DNA of 64,000 bases from Ignavibacteriota bacterium (GCA_963776275.1 CAVZMI010000028.1:48868-112867), one strand, 5' to 3'. Counted from the first letter of the stretch, positions 19,394 to 31,100 are shown. Numbers and translations are program-made. Notes: a model not told the origin generated them from the sequence alone.

Positions 19394-19644
19394 GCTTTTC
19401 TTATTTCGATGGCTGTTAGGGGAAACACTGCGCCAACGGCGCATGCGCCTCCGGCGCAAAAGGACACAAAGTACATTTGAAAATGCAGTTATTTAGGACA
19501 CGAAGAAGAATTTATACTTTGTGACCTCAAAAATGGCGTTATTTGATGTTCTCTGAGTACCCTGTGGCGGTGACCATACAATTATTCATCTAAAAAAATG
19601 GGACACAGCACCGTAAATCGTCTTTCATCCCAGCGGTGTTATAT
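19394..19644. repeat. ~251-bp dispersed non-coding element, copy 2 (inverted relative to 2558..2808)
   Basis: End-to-end alignment with the reverse complement of copy 1. Confidence 0.85.
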
Positions 19645-19689
19645 TTTTCAAAGATGCCATACACTTCCGCCGCACTGTTTTATTTTATG

Positions 19690-22104
19690 TTATCGTACAC
19701 GGAACACACGCCATCCTATCGGCGGAATCGATATAGTTGTACGGTCATTTTTTATATTAACTTTTTCATTACTGATAACGTCTGCTAATTCACAGGAATG
19801 ATACATTTCCGGAAGTCGTAGGTCGATCGTTTGTACCCTATCACTCTTGTTCAATACCACAAGTATTCTTTCGTTCATGTCTGAACGCATATACGCATAA
19901 ATGATGGTGTCAGCCTGCAGGGTGAGGAAATCGCCGTACCGCAGTGCGGAATGTTGATTGCGCATCTTCACGATTTTCCTGGTTTCTTTGAGCATCTGTC
20001 TTTCATGGATCGAAAGCCGATCTCCGAAACGCATCATTCGACGGTTATCCGGATCGTCCACGCCGGTCATTCCAAATTCAGAGCCATAGTAAATTACTGG
20101 TAAGCCGGGAATCGTGAACATATATGCGAGATATAATTCTGCTTTCCTGTAACTTGATGGATGATCGACCGTCGGCGGGTTTTTCCATGCCATCTCTCGA
20201 GTATCGATACCCTGATTTTTTACTTTGCCGTCTGCATAGGCCATATAGCGTACTTTGTCGTGACTGTCCATAATATTGCCCATCAGGTTGTTATGCCCGA
20301 ACGAAGCAAACGACCTCTTCATGTGAAAATCGACGGACGAGAACGATCGATCCGGTTCGAGAAAGACGGGAATTGCAAAATAGGAAAGATTAAAATTGAA
20401 CTGCGCGGTTAACTGACCATTGTTAACATAGGAGGCGATGAGATCGTAATCGCCGAAAGTTTCACCGATCTGATAGACTTTTTTATGCATCGGTATTTCG
20501 ATTTTTTCCTTCAGTTTCCTTGTGAGGGTTCGCCAGAACTTGTTCGGCACATGCTTCACTGCATCGTGGCGGAACCCGTCGGCACCTGTTTCAGTCAGCC
20601 ACCATATGGCATTATCAGAGACGATCTTGAGTGCCTCTTCCGATTTAATAAAATCGAATGAGGGCATGTATGGCTCGAACCATGTTGTGAGACGGTATTC
20701 ATCCCAGAGACGTAAATTTTTCCTTCCATCCGGCAAATCCAGTGTCCCGAACCATTCGGGATGTTCTTTATAGAAGGGATGATCTATATGCACATGGTGT
20801 GTCACTAAATCCAGTAAAACTTTCAAGTGATGTTTATGTGCTTTGGAAATCAATTCCTTCAGCTCTTTCATGGAACCAAATTTCTCTTCCACTTTCTTTT
20901 CGCTGATTGGCCAATAGCCGTGGTAGCCGCTGTACCACCTGTAAGGGGAAGGATACTCGCGGAAGGCTACATCCGGATTATCGTTGACCGGCGAGATCCA
21001 GAGGGTATTGACACCCAGTTCGTCAAAATATCCCTCATCAATTTTATTTATGATTCCCCTGAAATCTCCTCCCTGATAATTGGCCTGGAAAAAGATAGAA
21101 TCGTGCACCACCGGTCTATCGTTGGATTTATCGCCGTCTTTAAATCGGTCGATCATTATCGAATAGATCACACAATCATTCCACGACCGCGTGGTTGATG
21201 CTTTTGCCGCAGGGATCCCATTCCAAAGAACGATCTGTTGAATATTGGTGGGTTTTCCATGCTGGGAAACAAGCACGCGGAGGGTTTTTCCCCCATTCAA
21301 TCCGGCCTTCTTAAGGCGGATTTCGATCTTATTGTTATTGATCATTATTCTGGCAGGATCGACTTTTCTATTATCCAGGAGGGCGATGATATCATCCCGC
21401 AGCAGGGGAGAGGAACGGTTTGTATTTTCATAGACAAAGGAAAAGGATACATCCTCGGACGTTTCTTTTTTTGCGCCGATATGAAGAAATATTTTTGCCG
21501 TATCGACATCGCTCACACGCAATACGGAATTGAAATCATCAAAACCCGTCGGCGACTTTTCCCGATTTCCGGGATCGAGTATCTCTTTTCCATCTACTAC
21601 GAATTTATAAATGTAGTTACCCGGATCAAGCGGCAGTGACAGCTCATACACACCCGTTCCTGCGACATCGGTCAGCCGATCTTTTTCCTTATTCCAATTA
21701 TTGAAGCTTCCGGATACCGCGACTTTTGAAACCTTTCCCTCAGGCTTGTATGAAAATGTAATGAGTTGCTGTGTGACTTTATCACTCTGCACAATCACCG
21801 GGAAAGAATATTTTGTGCCCTGGAGTGTGAATTCGGCAAGTGTCGCACCTATGAAATTATTTTTGGGTTGAAATATTGCAGTGTTTTGTTTCTGATCATA
21901 GATAATGATGAGTTTGTCATTTTCACTGAATTTCAGATCGTAGACTTTCGCATAAAACATATCGCTGACCAGGACCGTATCCTGCTTGCCGCAATAGACC
22001 TTGACGGGTTGAATGAGGTCGCTTATTTCCGCCGCAAGACACGGCGTGATCAGACATAACGCAAATACCAGTGAGTAGGTCAAATGTTTTATCTTTAATT
22101 TCAT
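19690..22104 (-). CDS. GH13 alpha-amylase family enzyme with CBM48-like domain
   Basis: Signal peptide, GSFNNW, YHGYWP, GFRHDAVKH, GET, SHD, YYGSEFG. Confidence 0.92.
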   Translation of the reverse strand: MKLKIKHLTYSLVFALCLITPCLAAEISDLIQPVKVYCGKQDTVLVSDMFYAKVYDLKFSENDKLIIIYDQKQNTAIFQPKNNFIGATLAEFTLQGTKYSFPVIVQSDKVTQQLITFSYKPEGKVSKVAVSGSFNNWNKEKDRLTDVAGTGVYELSLPLDPGNYIYKFVVDGKEILDPGNREKSPTGFDDFNSVLRVSDVDTAKIFLHIGAKKETSEDVSFSFVYENTNRSSPLLRDDIIALLDNRKVDPARIMINNNKIEIRLKKAGLNGGKTLRVLVSQHGKPTNIQQIVLWNGIPAAKASTTRSWNDCVIYSIMIDRFKDGDKSNDRPVVHDSIFFQANYQGGDFRGIINKIDEGYFDELGVNTLWISPVNDNPDVAFREYPSPYRWYSGYHGYWPISEKKVEEKFGSMKELKELISKAHKHHLKVLLDLVTHHVHIDHPFYKEHPEWFGTLDLPDGRKNLRLWDEYRLTTWFEPYMPSFDFIKSEEALKIVSDNAIWWLTETGADGFRHDAVKHVPNKFWRTLTRKLKEKIEIPMHKKVYQIGETFGDYDLIASYVNNGQLTAQFNFNLSYFAIPVFLEPDRSFSSVDFHMKRSFASFGHNNLMGNIMDSHDKVRYMAYADGKVKNQGIDTREMAWKNPPTVDHPSSYRKAELYLAYMFTIPGLPVIYYGSEFGMTGVDDPDNRRMMRFGDRLSIHERQMLKETRKIVKMRNQHSALRYGDFLTLQADTIIYAYMRSDMNERILVVLNKSDRVQTIDLRLPEMYHSCELADVISNEKVNIKNDRTTISIPPIGWRVFRVR

Positions 22105-22228
22105 GTCATTACTCTATAAGTATGTAGTAGATCTATAGAATGATAGAGATAAACGGAGAAGTATTCAATAGAATTTCTATTATAACGACCAGTCGATGAA
22201 GCCATTGATACAAGGATGAAATATTAAA

Positions 22229-22518
22229 AGCCAGGTTACCGAGTAGTACCAATCCGCGTTCGCGGATTGGTACGTATCGAGGTAACTTTACAATTATTGC
22301 GAGCTTAATAGATATGGCCTCGATATGGCGCAGTCCATGGCCATTTGACTCGGCCACCTGGCTGTTAATTTTAAAGAAAAATGTCCAATAGCCAGGTTAC
22401 CGAGTTAACCCGCAATTTCGATAGCCATATCGAGGTAACCCCTTTGAAAAGGCCAGCCTAAATATGTGGCCTCGATATGGCTTTTCCAATGGCTATTTAA
22501 CTCGGCCACCTGGCTGTT
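22229..22518. repeat. two tandem REP-doublet (REPIN-like) elements
   Basis: AGCCAGGTTACCGAGT...ATCGAGGTAAC...GGCCTCGATA...ACTCGGCCACCTGGCTGTT at 22229-22366 and 22390-22518. Confidence 0.8.
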
Positions 22519-22541
22519 CGAACTGTACAATTGGTATTCTC

Positions 22542-23810
22542 TCAGAGTCCCGTCTTTCTTTTTTCTTTCACCATAGTCCAGAAAACTGCGGAAAGTGCCA
22601 ATGAAACGCCGCTGATAATAAAAATGATATTTTTATCGACGGCATTTTTTACAATCGTTCCCACCGCTAGACTTACTAGAAGCTGCGGCAGAACTACCGA
22701 GAGATTGAAAATTCCCATGAAAAAACCTGTCCGGCTTTGATCGATCTTCTCTGTCATAATTGCAAACGGCAGACTCACAACAGCGGCCCAGCCGACGCCT
22801 GCAACTGCCATGAGCAGATAGAGGATAAGCGGTGTATTTCCAAAGAAGACGATACCGAAATATCCGAGTGCCATAATTGCAACACACGACATGTGAGTCC
22901 TCACGCGGCCAATTTTTTCTACAATCGGTTCAAGCACAAATGCCGGAAGAATAAATCCAACTGTATTCAGGATAGCAAAGGCGATGGCAATGATCTGTCC
23001 TGAGTGCGCATTGATGAGTTCACGATCGACAATTCCGTTGAAATATTTTTGCTGGATAAATGCAATGATATACACGAACATGGTCTGAATTCCGATCCAT
23101 GAAAAACCATGTGCAAAATAGATCCGAAATAACTGTCCCCATTCTGTAGCTGTTGCAGTTTTCTGCTGTTCCGTTTCAGTGCTGGCAGCAGCTTTCAGTT
23201 CCCTGCTTTCTGTGATGAAGAACATTGGTACGAATGAAAACAGGAACACGAGCACAACGCCGAAATAAATTAGTACATAATTACCCAACGTCGCCCCGAT
23301 GAGGTATGCAAGGACACCGAAAAATCCGGAAATGGTTTGCATCCAGGTATACCCTTTCGTACGCGGAATTCCTTCGGGTGTTATATCAGCGATGATCGAA
23401 CGTGTAGGATTGAAGCTGATATTAATCGCAAGATCGAGCGTGAGTGCAACGACGATGGCAACGGCCAGCAGACTGCCGATGCCCAGCTGTGCGGCGATCA
23501 CATCGATGTTCGGTAACGCCATGAGCATTCCCGCTGCGAGCACGCCTCCGATCAGTACAAAAGGCCGCCGCCGTCCTCCCCAAAACCATACTTTGTCGCT
23601 GATCAGGCCTATGATCACCTGACCAAAAATACCGGCCAGTGGTTCAGCCGCCCAGACAAATCCGACTTCGTCGATGTGGAGTTGATATTTTGTGGTAAGG
23701 AGCCAGCTCAGCGCTGAAATCTGGATGGAAAGCGCAAAACCCATTGCTGTTGCAGGAAGGCTGAGAATAACGTAGAATGATTTCGTGAGTCGTTCCTGGA
23801 TGCGATGCAT
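22542..23810 (-). CDS. MFS sugar transporter
   Basis: About 12 hydrophobic segments, GRRRPF, MGIFNLSVVLPQ. Confidence 0.9.
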   Translation of the reverse strand: MHRIQERLTKSFYVILSLPATAMGFALSIQISALSWLLTTKYQLHIDEVGFVWAAEPLAGIFGQVIIGLISDKVWFWGGRRRPFVLIGGVLAAGMLMALPNIDVIAAQLGIGSLLAVAIVVALTLDLAINISFNPTRSIIADITPEGIPRTKGYTWMQTISGFFGVLAYLIGATLGNYVLIYFGVVLVFLFSFVPMFFITESRELKAAASTETEQQKTATATEWGQLFRIYFAHGFSWIGIQTMFVYIIAFIQQKYFNGIVDRELINAHSGQIIAIAFAILNTVGFILPAFVLEPIVEKIGRVRTHMSCVAIMALGYFGIVFFGNTPLILYLLMAVAGVGWAAVVSLPFAIMTEKIDQSRTGFFMGIFNLSVVLPQLLVSLAVGTIVKNAVDKNIIFIISGVSLALSAVFWTMVKEKRKTGL

Positions 23811-23834
23811 TTCCTTTTTCCTCTTAGTAAGTTT

Positions 23835-26162
23835 CTATTTCACACCGAATTTGTCTTTTACGATCTGCCGTTCACCCGGCTGTGCAGATATCATGAGCTG
23901 CCGGTTGTTCGCGGGAAACTCCTCGCTCGGCACCCAGACCCCTTCAAAACCGCTGTTGGTATACTTGTATTCCACCTTTATTTTTGCGGGAAACTGCAAT
24001 TCAAGCGACCAGATGCCATCCGATTCTTTCACATCTCCGTGAGTCCCGTCGTCATACATCCGTACAAGGTTTGGTGTCCAATTTCCAAGAACGCTTTGAT
24101 TCCCTACGATATAAATGGCTTTTGAAACTTGAATCTTTGTGGCATCGACCTGAAAAAGGACTGTCACCAGGTCTTTTCTGCTCTGGGCCATCGTGCCCTG
24201 CGTTTGTCCGGAATCATCCGTTTCATCTTTTATAATCGGGGAAAATTCTCTTTCGGGCATGGATGCACCGGCTTCCTGCGCAAAATTATAGACATTTTTC
24301 AACAATGTAATGAATGCACGATCAAACGGTTTATCACCAGCCGGAGCAGTCTGGTCATCTCCGTACCACCAGAACCAATCCGATCCTTCGGCGGCATACA
24401 TCGATTCCCAGGCTTTGTAGGCAAACCATGAGCGCGTATCTTTTTTTGGTTCGACAGCTTTCGGGTCAGGAGCCCGCAGCCCCGACTCTTCAAGGTCATT
24501 TCTCACAGTGAGAAGATATTCCCATGCCTGATTCTCTTCGGCTTCTCCGATCCAGGTATCATAATTTGCATTAATCCATGACCCGGGCCAGAGCCATTGA
24601 AGTTTTGGCATCGACTTGACCGCATGTGCAGGGATATTTCGTGTGGGATTCCCTTTGATATATTCAGTGACCGTCACGGTTTTCACTTGATCTGTTTCGT
24701 ATAACCCGCTAAGTTTTTGATACAGTGCATTCAGAAATTCTTTTCCGTCATTATCATACCGGTATGACTCCCATGCATTTTCCCCGTCCAAAATGACCGT
24801 AAGAAGGCGATCGGATTCATTCTCTTTCGGAACGTATGTCAATATGCTTTTAATAAAATCGTCAGCCGCATCTTCGCCATGATAGTTCTGATATGTGAAT
24901 CCTATCTTATCTGAGAGTTCAGTATCCCTGAATACAACGACGATATCTTGATCTTTACCGTTTTTACTATGTAAAGCATATGGATAATATTTCGGCTGAT
25001 CATTCGGTTTTGAATGTACCAATACCTTCTCATCTGTGGCGATCCATCCGATATTGTGTGCCGTAAAGACGGGAAGGATATCATTTGCTACCGATCCTTC
25101 AGCCGGCCACATTCCTCCCGGGGGCATTCCAAATTTTTTTGTGTAGTAGGCGATGGCTTTTGACACCTGGGCATCAGCATCCTGTGGATAGTGAAATCGT
25201 GATGGAGCCGGGTCGTTCGGCTGGCAGACTTTTTCCAGATCGCTGTCATAGATCAAGGGGAGAATAGGATGGTAAAACGGTGTAGTAATAATTTCTATTT
25301 GACCTTTATATGAATCAGTATGATACATCAGTTTTTTATGGACTGGAATGATTGCTGAAAGTACTTTGTACGTCTCTGCGATAATCCTGTTACAATCATC
25401 TTCACCGATTGTCTTCTTCAATCTGTATGTTCCATCGCTTTGTTTTTCGATAAGATCCCGTATATCGACGGTCATCCCGTTTGCCAGTGTTACGCGTTGT
25501 TCAAAGAAGTCAGGATCGAAATATGCCAAATAAAACCAGAACTTTATATCACGGCGATCCTGTTGAGATAGACTGCTGGACCCGGAAGCGCGATACTTTT
25601 CTTTGAGAGCTTTATATCCCGGGAATCGATTCATCATCACGTCACTGATACCAAGCGCATTCCATGGGTTGTTCAATAAGAATGCCAGATCGTCTCCGGT
25701 AAATTCTGCCGTGGGTTTCAATGCAAGATCGATCCAAGGGTCCGTCTTCCCGGTATAGGTATCCAGAAATTTTTTCGAATTTATGCGGTTCTTTTTAATA
25801 TTAACGAAAGGCCTGAGCCTTTGTATATAATAGTCGTTAAGCTGATAAAGGAGCGATGAAGTGAGATTGATCGTACAATGTATTTTCGTGTATTTCTCCA
25901 ACAGCGCAGCCATATCATAGTAATCTTTGGTTCCATGCGTCCTCACCCAGGGACCCTGCAGCTGATCTTTTGCCGGATCTAGGTAGAGCGGTTGATGTTG
26001 ATGCCAGATGATATTTAGATAAAGAGTCTTACCTGTCTTCGGATATGAATCATTGTACGTGGTTTGAGGTTGTGCAACTAATACAGAAATTGAAAGCATG
26101 CTGCATAAGAATACATCGATATACCATTTATAGATTGCTCGATTCATTGGATATTTTGTCAC
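23835..26162 (-). CDS. GH57 amylopullulanase-like enzyme with C-terminal CBM20
   Basis: WHQHQP, HPILPL, WPAEGSV, ILDGENAWE, AEGSDWFWW; IYIVGNQSVLGNW. Confidence 0.92.
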   Translation of the reverse strand: MTKYPMNRAIYKWYIDVFLCSMLSISVLVAQPQTTYNDSYPKTGKTLYLNIIWHQHQPLYLDPAKDQLQGPWVRTHGTKDYYDMAALLEKYTKIHCTINLTSSLLYQLNDYYIQRLRPFVNIKKNRINSKKFLDTYTGKTDPWIDLALKPTAEFTGDDLAFLLNNPWNALGISDVMMNRFPGYKALKEKYRASGSSSLSQQDRRDIKFWFYLAYFDPDFFEQRVTLANGMTVDIRDLIEKQSDGTYRLKKTIGEDDCNRIIAETYKVLSAIIPVHKKLMYHTDSYKGQIEIITTPFYHPILPLIYDSDLEKVCQPNDPAPSRFHYPQDADAQVSKAIAYYTKKFGMPPGGMWPAEGSVANDILPVFTAHNIGWIATDEKVLVHSKPNDQPKYYPYALHSKNGKDQDIVVVFRDTELSDKIGFTYQNYHGEDAADDFIKSILTYVPKENESDRLLTVILDGENAWESYRYDNDGKEFLNALYQKLSGLYETDQVKTVTVTEYIKGNPTRNIPAHAVKSMPKLQWLWPGSWINANYDTWIGEAEENQAWEYLLTVRNDLEESGLRAPDPKAVEPKKDTRSWFAYKAWESMYAAEGSDWFWWYGDDQTAPAGDKPFDRAFITLLKNVYNFAQEAGASMPEREFSPIIKDETDDSGQTQGTMAQSRKDLVTVLFQVDATKIQVSKAIYIVGNQSVLGNWTPNLVRMYDDGTHGDVKESDGIWSLELQFPAKIKVEYKYTNSGFEGVWVPSEEFPANNRQLMISAQPGERQIVKDKFGVK

Positions 26163-26164
26163 CC

Positions 26165-29100
26165 CTATCTGATAAGGATAATTTTTTTAGTTTCCATGAA
26201 CGTACCGGCTTCGAGGCGCATAAAATAGACGCCGGAGCTTGCGGGCTTGTTATATCGCGTGCGCCCATCCCATCGCACATGGTGCACACCTGCCTGATAG
26301 ATGCCATCGGCAATTACGGCGATCTCTTCTCCAAGTATATCAAAAATCCGCACACTCACACGTTTTGTCGTGGGAACATCGAATAGGATGGTGGTGCCCG
26401 GATTAAACGGATTAGGATAATTTTGATATAGTTTGAATGCAGTCGGATTTTGTCCATCGCGATGTGGTTCAATGCCATTTATCGGTGGAATATTCACCTG
26501 TCTGGTACTATCTGCCAGAACAAATATGGCTGTTCCGTACGGGGGCAGGGTGAGATTCAGGCTTGCATTGTTGTCGGTGATCCGGACTGAATCCGTGCCT
26601 CCATTGTAAAGATCGCTCGCAATATAACTCTTTCCTTCTTCAACCCAGCCGCCTAAATCTAAGACAGAAAATGAAAGGGTGACATTCGTAGAAGATTCAC
26701 TAAAGTTGACGGCAACAATACCATCTTCTTTCGCATAAGGACGAGTAAAGGCATAGACAAGCTCGTCGCTCGAATTAATTCGCTGAATTTGCTGCGTTGA
26801 AAATGCCTTGAACTGTCCGCGGATCTGCGCCAGCCGTTGATAATGCGGCATCAGCAGCGTTTTCCCCTGATAATTCCAATCGATAACGCCGCGGCGACGG
26901 CTGTCGAAATTGCCGTCTCCATATCCTTTTCCGACTTCCTGTCCGTTCCAGATCATCGGTATGCCGGGAATAGTGAAGATGGTGCTTGCCATCGGCATCG
27001 TCCGCATAAATGTTGTTGTGGCATCGATGAAGCCGTTTAATGAATACGTATAAGCGATCCGGTCTTCATCCTGTGATTCCATAAATCGCATATAGAGTGA
27101 ATTCGGACCGGGGTAATATCCATTGTTCACGATATCGCCGTCCAAATAATTCACCGCTGAAGCATAGAAACCAAATCCTCTGATCTGGTTGAAGAATAAT
27201 TTAAAATCATACGCAGCATCAACGCCGCCGTTAATCCCTCCGCTCGAATAGTCGGCATAGATCGTTTCTGTGTTCTCACCCGTCCCAGCATCCTCAGCGA
27301 GCAAGAGGATATCAGGCTTTATATGCTTCAGAGCATCGCGCACAGGTTTGCCCATATACTGCTCGCCGTAACGACGGTGCGGCCCCCAGTAGACATCGAA
27401 CCTGTATCCGTCTATACCGAATTCTTTTATCCAATACTGATACACATTAATCATCTCGGACTGCATGTCGATATCGGTCCAATTAAAATTTAATAGTTGC
27501 TCGCTAAAGCCGCGGTAATAATTGAATCCATCGGCATCGAGCGAGGAACCGAGACCGTTAGTCTTATCAGAAGGTTGATTGTTATGTTCATACCAGTTCC
27601 AATACGGCGATTTCTGCTTGTTGGTATGAGCGTCTGCCGACCATGGATGGAATCGGCTTGAGTGGTTCGGTGTTACGTCGAGAATCACTTTTAAGCCGAG
27701 GGAATGTGCCTGATCCACAAAATTCTTGAAATCCTGATTTGTCCCATATTCCGGCGCAACGTTATAGAAATCAATGATATTGTAGCCTGGCCCCCCATCG
27801 TTATTAATCGGATATGCATTTGTCATCACGGGCATCATCCAGATAATATTGAAACCCATGTCTCTGATAATTGTCAGCCGTTCTGCAGCCGCATTGATTG
27901 TGCCTGCACTTGATGCTGCTTTCGGGAAAAGAAAATATATCCGGGCACGTTTGGCCCACTCCGGATTACTCGCAATCGTTGGGTTTGATATCGAATCATT
28001 GCTATTGACAATGAAATAGGAACGTGTTGTATCCGAATTTCCGGAAGAGTCAGTTACGATCAATCCAAAATAATATTCTCCCGGGATCGCCGGTCTCGTG
28101 ACTGAAACATTTGATCCTGTCCGGCCGTTGAGACCGAGGGAGTATAGATCGTCATCCAGCCATTTGAAATTGGTGAGAGTTTGTCCATCCGGGTCGGTAC
28201 TCGAATCGGCATTCAGTATGACTGAATTCCCGGAAAGTTGTGCTGTCGCTTTTGCCCAGGGAGTATGGTTCACAATGCGTGTTACCAGCACGCTGTCGCT
28301 GCCATTTATAGTGCTGACTACGATCCAGTTATTTCCATCAACAAGTGCCGTACTATCTAAAAAGATGCCATTGCTCACTGAAATGCTGCGTGCAGAGCCA
28401 TTGACCGAAATCGTCGCTGATGTGATTGAACTGTCGATTCCCATACCATCGGGACGGGTAAAAAATCCCGCCGTTACATATACCGGTTTCCGTGTGATGA
28501 ATGGAGCTGTTTCGATCTGCACGGGGTTTGCGGCAACAGAAAACGTCGTACTATCCGTGACAGAACCGATAGTCAGCTGCATCTTGTGCGTACCATTTAA
28601 CAAAACCGAGGGGAGAGTATATGAAAGTTTTCGGGTATTAAAATCATAGTAACCACCAAGGTTAGAATAGGTTACCGAATCAACGCGCAGTGTCACGTGT
28701 GATGTATCGAGGACAGTCTCGACCGCAGGAAAAAGGTAAGCCGTAATAGTCGGCTGGCTTGTTCGGATGGTGCCGACGAGTTGATTCGGAAGCAGGTGGT
28801 ATATCGTCGGATCATTTATGTAGATGATCGAATTGCTATAAACATCGGTATTGTAATACGGATTAAGCGGATCATTCGGCCAGATCTCTTCACCAGTGTA
28901 GAATTTATACATGTAAGCCCCTGCAACTCCTCCGTCGGTTTCTGGCTCGCCGATCCGCAGCCGGGCTGTTCTTTCAAAGAGTCCGTTTCCCTTTGCGGTC
29001 ATTGGCCATGCGGAGGTATTCCATCCGTTGAATTCTCCCACCAGCGCGACCGATGTGACAGTACCTATTACGGTATAATTGAATGTGACATCGACACTGT

Positions 29101-29176
29101 CCTGTGAGAATGCGGTGAACGCAAATGTACCAAAAACCAAAAGGAGAATAGATATTAATTTCAACATATACCTCAT
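26165..29176 (-). CDS. GH13 alpha-amylase family enzyme with CBM48, PKD-like domain and T9SS C-terminal domain
   Basis: GEFNGW, DVTPNH, DGYRFD, AED, SQD, LYQNYPNPFNP...KKIILIR. Confidence 0.92.
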   Translation of the reverse strand: MRYMLKLISILLLVFGTFAFTAFSQDSVDVTFNYTVIGTVTSVALVGEFNGWNTSAWPMTAKGNGLFERTARLRIGEPETDGGVAGAYMYKFYTGEEIWPNDPLNPYYNTDVYSNSIIYINDPTIYHLLPNQLVGTIRTSQPTITAYLFPAVETVLDTSHVTLRVDSVTYSNLGGYYDFNTRKLSYTLPSVLLNGTHKMQLTIGSVTDSTTFSVAANPVQIETAPFITRKPVYVTAGFFTRPDGMGIDSSITSATISVNGSARSISVSNGIFLDSTALVDGNNWIVVSTINGSDSVLVTRIVNHTPWAKATAQLSGNSVILNADSSTDPDGQTLTNFKWLDDDLYSLGLNGRTGSNVSVTRPAIPGEYYFGLIVTDSSGNSDTTRSYFIVNSNDSISNPTIASNPEWAKRARIYFLFPKAASSAGTINAAAERLTIIRDMGFNIIWMMPVMTNAYPINNDGGPGYNIIDFYNVAPEYGTNQDFKNFVDQAHSLGLKVILDVTPNHSSRFHPWSADAHTNKQKSPYWNWYEHNNQPSDKTNGLGSSLDADGFNYYRGFSEQLLNFNWTDIDMQSEMINVYQYWIKEFGIDGYRFDVYWGPHRRYGEQYMGKPVRDALKHIKPDILLLAEDAGTGENTETIYADYSSGGINGGVDAAYDFKLFFNQIRGFGFYASAVNYLDGDIVNNGYYPGPNSLYMRFMESQDEDRIAYTYSLNGFIDATTTFMRTMPMASTIFTIPGIPMIWNGQEVGKGYGDGNFDSRRRGVIDWNYQGKTLLMPHYQRLAQIRGQFKAFSTQQIQRINSSDELVYAFTRPYAKEDGIVAVNFSESSTNVTLSFSVLDLGGWVEEGKSYIASDLYNGGTDSVRITDNNASLNLTLPPYGTAIFVLADSTRQVNIPPINGIEPHRDGQNPTAFKLYQNYPNPFNPGTTILFDVPTTKRVSVRIFDILGEEIAVIADGIYQAGVHHVRWDGRTRYNKPASSGVYFMRLEAGTFMETKKIILIR

Positions 29177-29212
29177 GAATAAAATTCGCAGTACAATGAA
29201 TTCATTATACAG

Positions 29213-31034
29213 CTATGGAAGCAGTACCTTTTCAGGATTTTCAACCCCGATCCAATCTACCTGCGGTGTAACAAAAGGAACGGCAAACATCCTCCCGCCG
29301 AATCCAAGTATTCGATAGGTTATCATCGGCACACTTGATACTTTGAGCAGCTTCAATCGATCCGTATAAATATCGTACCCTCGCTGCCGGGCGCTTTTCG
29401 CGATGGAAGCATCCAGTATTTTTTTCTGCTTGATTGGACGCAATGCCGAAGCGGCTTTTTGTATCACGGCATTAAAGGAAGAATCAGTGACGCCGGCCGG
29501 TAATTCCTTTTTGACAAGCTCGAAGAAAATATAGTCATTGTTGATGTGAAGATGGACCATGTCGTTCTCCTACTTGCATTTTCCAGGAAATGAGGCCGAG
29601 AGGCATCCGAGCGTTTATAGCGAATTCATCGGAAAGTCCGTTGTTTTGCACAGTGGATGTATCGATTGAATATTTTCGGACGGCTGCCTCGAACGGAACT
29701 CCCGAATATATTTCTCCCAGCGCCTGTTCCATTGCCGAAAGATTCCTGGTGTGCAGTTCGCGAATTTGGACGTGGGGATATTTTTCATCTGGATATGTTT
29801 CCGAAATATATTGGAAAATATCCTGATCGGAGAGTCGGACGTTCTTTTGAATGTCCATCTCTTCAAATTTGGCAAGTGTTTGTTGACGCCAGATATCCAA
29901 TTCGTTTTTTGTCGACCATCGTTCATCCAGTTTTCGTGAGAGCGCTTCTTCTGCCAGCAATTCTTGCTGTACTATAATCAATAGGTGATTATTTAATTGG
30001 GCCGCGATCCCCGTCGTTCGGCTTCGATCGATTGTAAAAATCATCCCGCGCAATTTCAACAGCACATCCTCCACGCTCCAACATGAAGAGCCGACGACGA
30101 CCATCGAATCCTGAAGTATCGAACGGCAGCGTTCTTTCATGATTTCCAGAAGCGAGTCCGTTATCATCTGTTCCGTTGCCGCAGGTACATTGTTCCAGAT
30201 ATTATTCAACGTCTGTGCGATGACTTTGAATGGCCAGGGAAGAGAAAAACCGGTTTTTGTGTGAAGGACGTTCTGAACATACTCATCCAGCCGTGCTTTT
30301 TCTTTCCTGAGCCGGAGTTTCGTTTCGATTCGTTGGTATAGAACATGGGGCTGCATGGATACATAAAACTGATTGGGCGATTCCTTTTCCAAATGAAGAA
30401 TGTAATATCCTGTTGAAGCCTCAACGACGGGTGAACACTCTCCTTTCTTCAGACAGAATCCTGCCTGTTCAATAGGAGCTTCAGCCTCACCCCACAGCAA
30501 TGTAGCCGTATCGTGAACGACCGCCACGGTTGTATCGATTTGAAAACGATCGAATTGTTTGCAGTTCTTTAACTGTTTTCTGGTAAATTCCGCATCGGTA
30601 CTATCTTCGAAATACAGAAACGAGAGAAAGAGTCTGCGTCGGGCATCTATAGCGGCCTTTTGCACCTCTTTTTTTGTTACCTGGACTTTCCCGCTTATTT
30701 CTTCTCGATAGAGCTGATCGCGCGCCAGCATTTTTTTTATTCCTTCAACGGCATGCTGATACACGCTATCCTGATCAAGATGGTTGTCTTCCGCCTCTTG
30801 CGCCAGTAGTTTTTCAGCGATCAATGAGTACAGAAAGACGAGTTTTGATTCCTCAACGTTCCGGCGGTTTCGATATTGGCCCGGAAGAAGTTCGTATCGT
30901 TTTAAAAATTCCTCTTCGGATATATACATATTTCCTGCGCGGGCGATAAACGACCCTTGATTCTCGGCTGGCTGAGCGTTGCCGGGAGAAATCGATATGA
31001 GAAGTAAGAGTATATTCAGCGAATATTTGATCAT
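29213..31034 (-). CDS. PpiC/SurA-like peptidylprolyl isomerase (one apparent frameshift near 29552)
   Basis: SLIAEKLLAQEA, LKKGECSPVVEASTGYYI, FEAAVRKYSID; C-terminus continues in ORF 29213..29560; start MIKYSL at 31034. Confidence 0.8.
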
Positions 31035-31067
31035 TCGATGTGATGAAGTATAGGAAGGAATAATCAA

Positions 31068-31100
31068 ATAATAAGGCGGGAGAAATTCCCGCCTTATTAT
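31068..31100 (-). terminator. strong hairpin after the T9SS cargo gene (terminator or mRNA stabiliser)
   Basis: ATAATAAGGCGGGA-gaaat-TCCCGCCTTATTAT. Confidence 0.65.
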
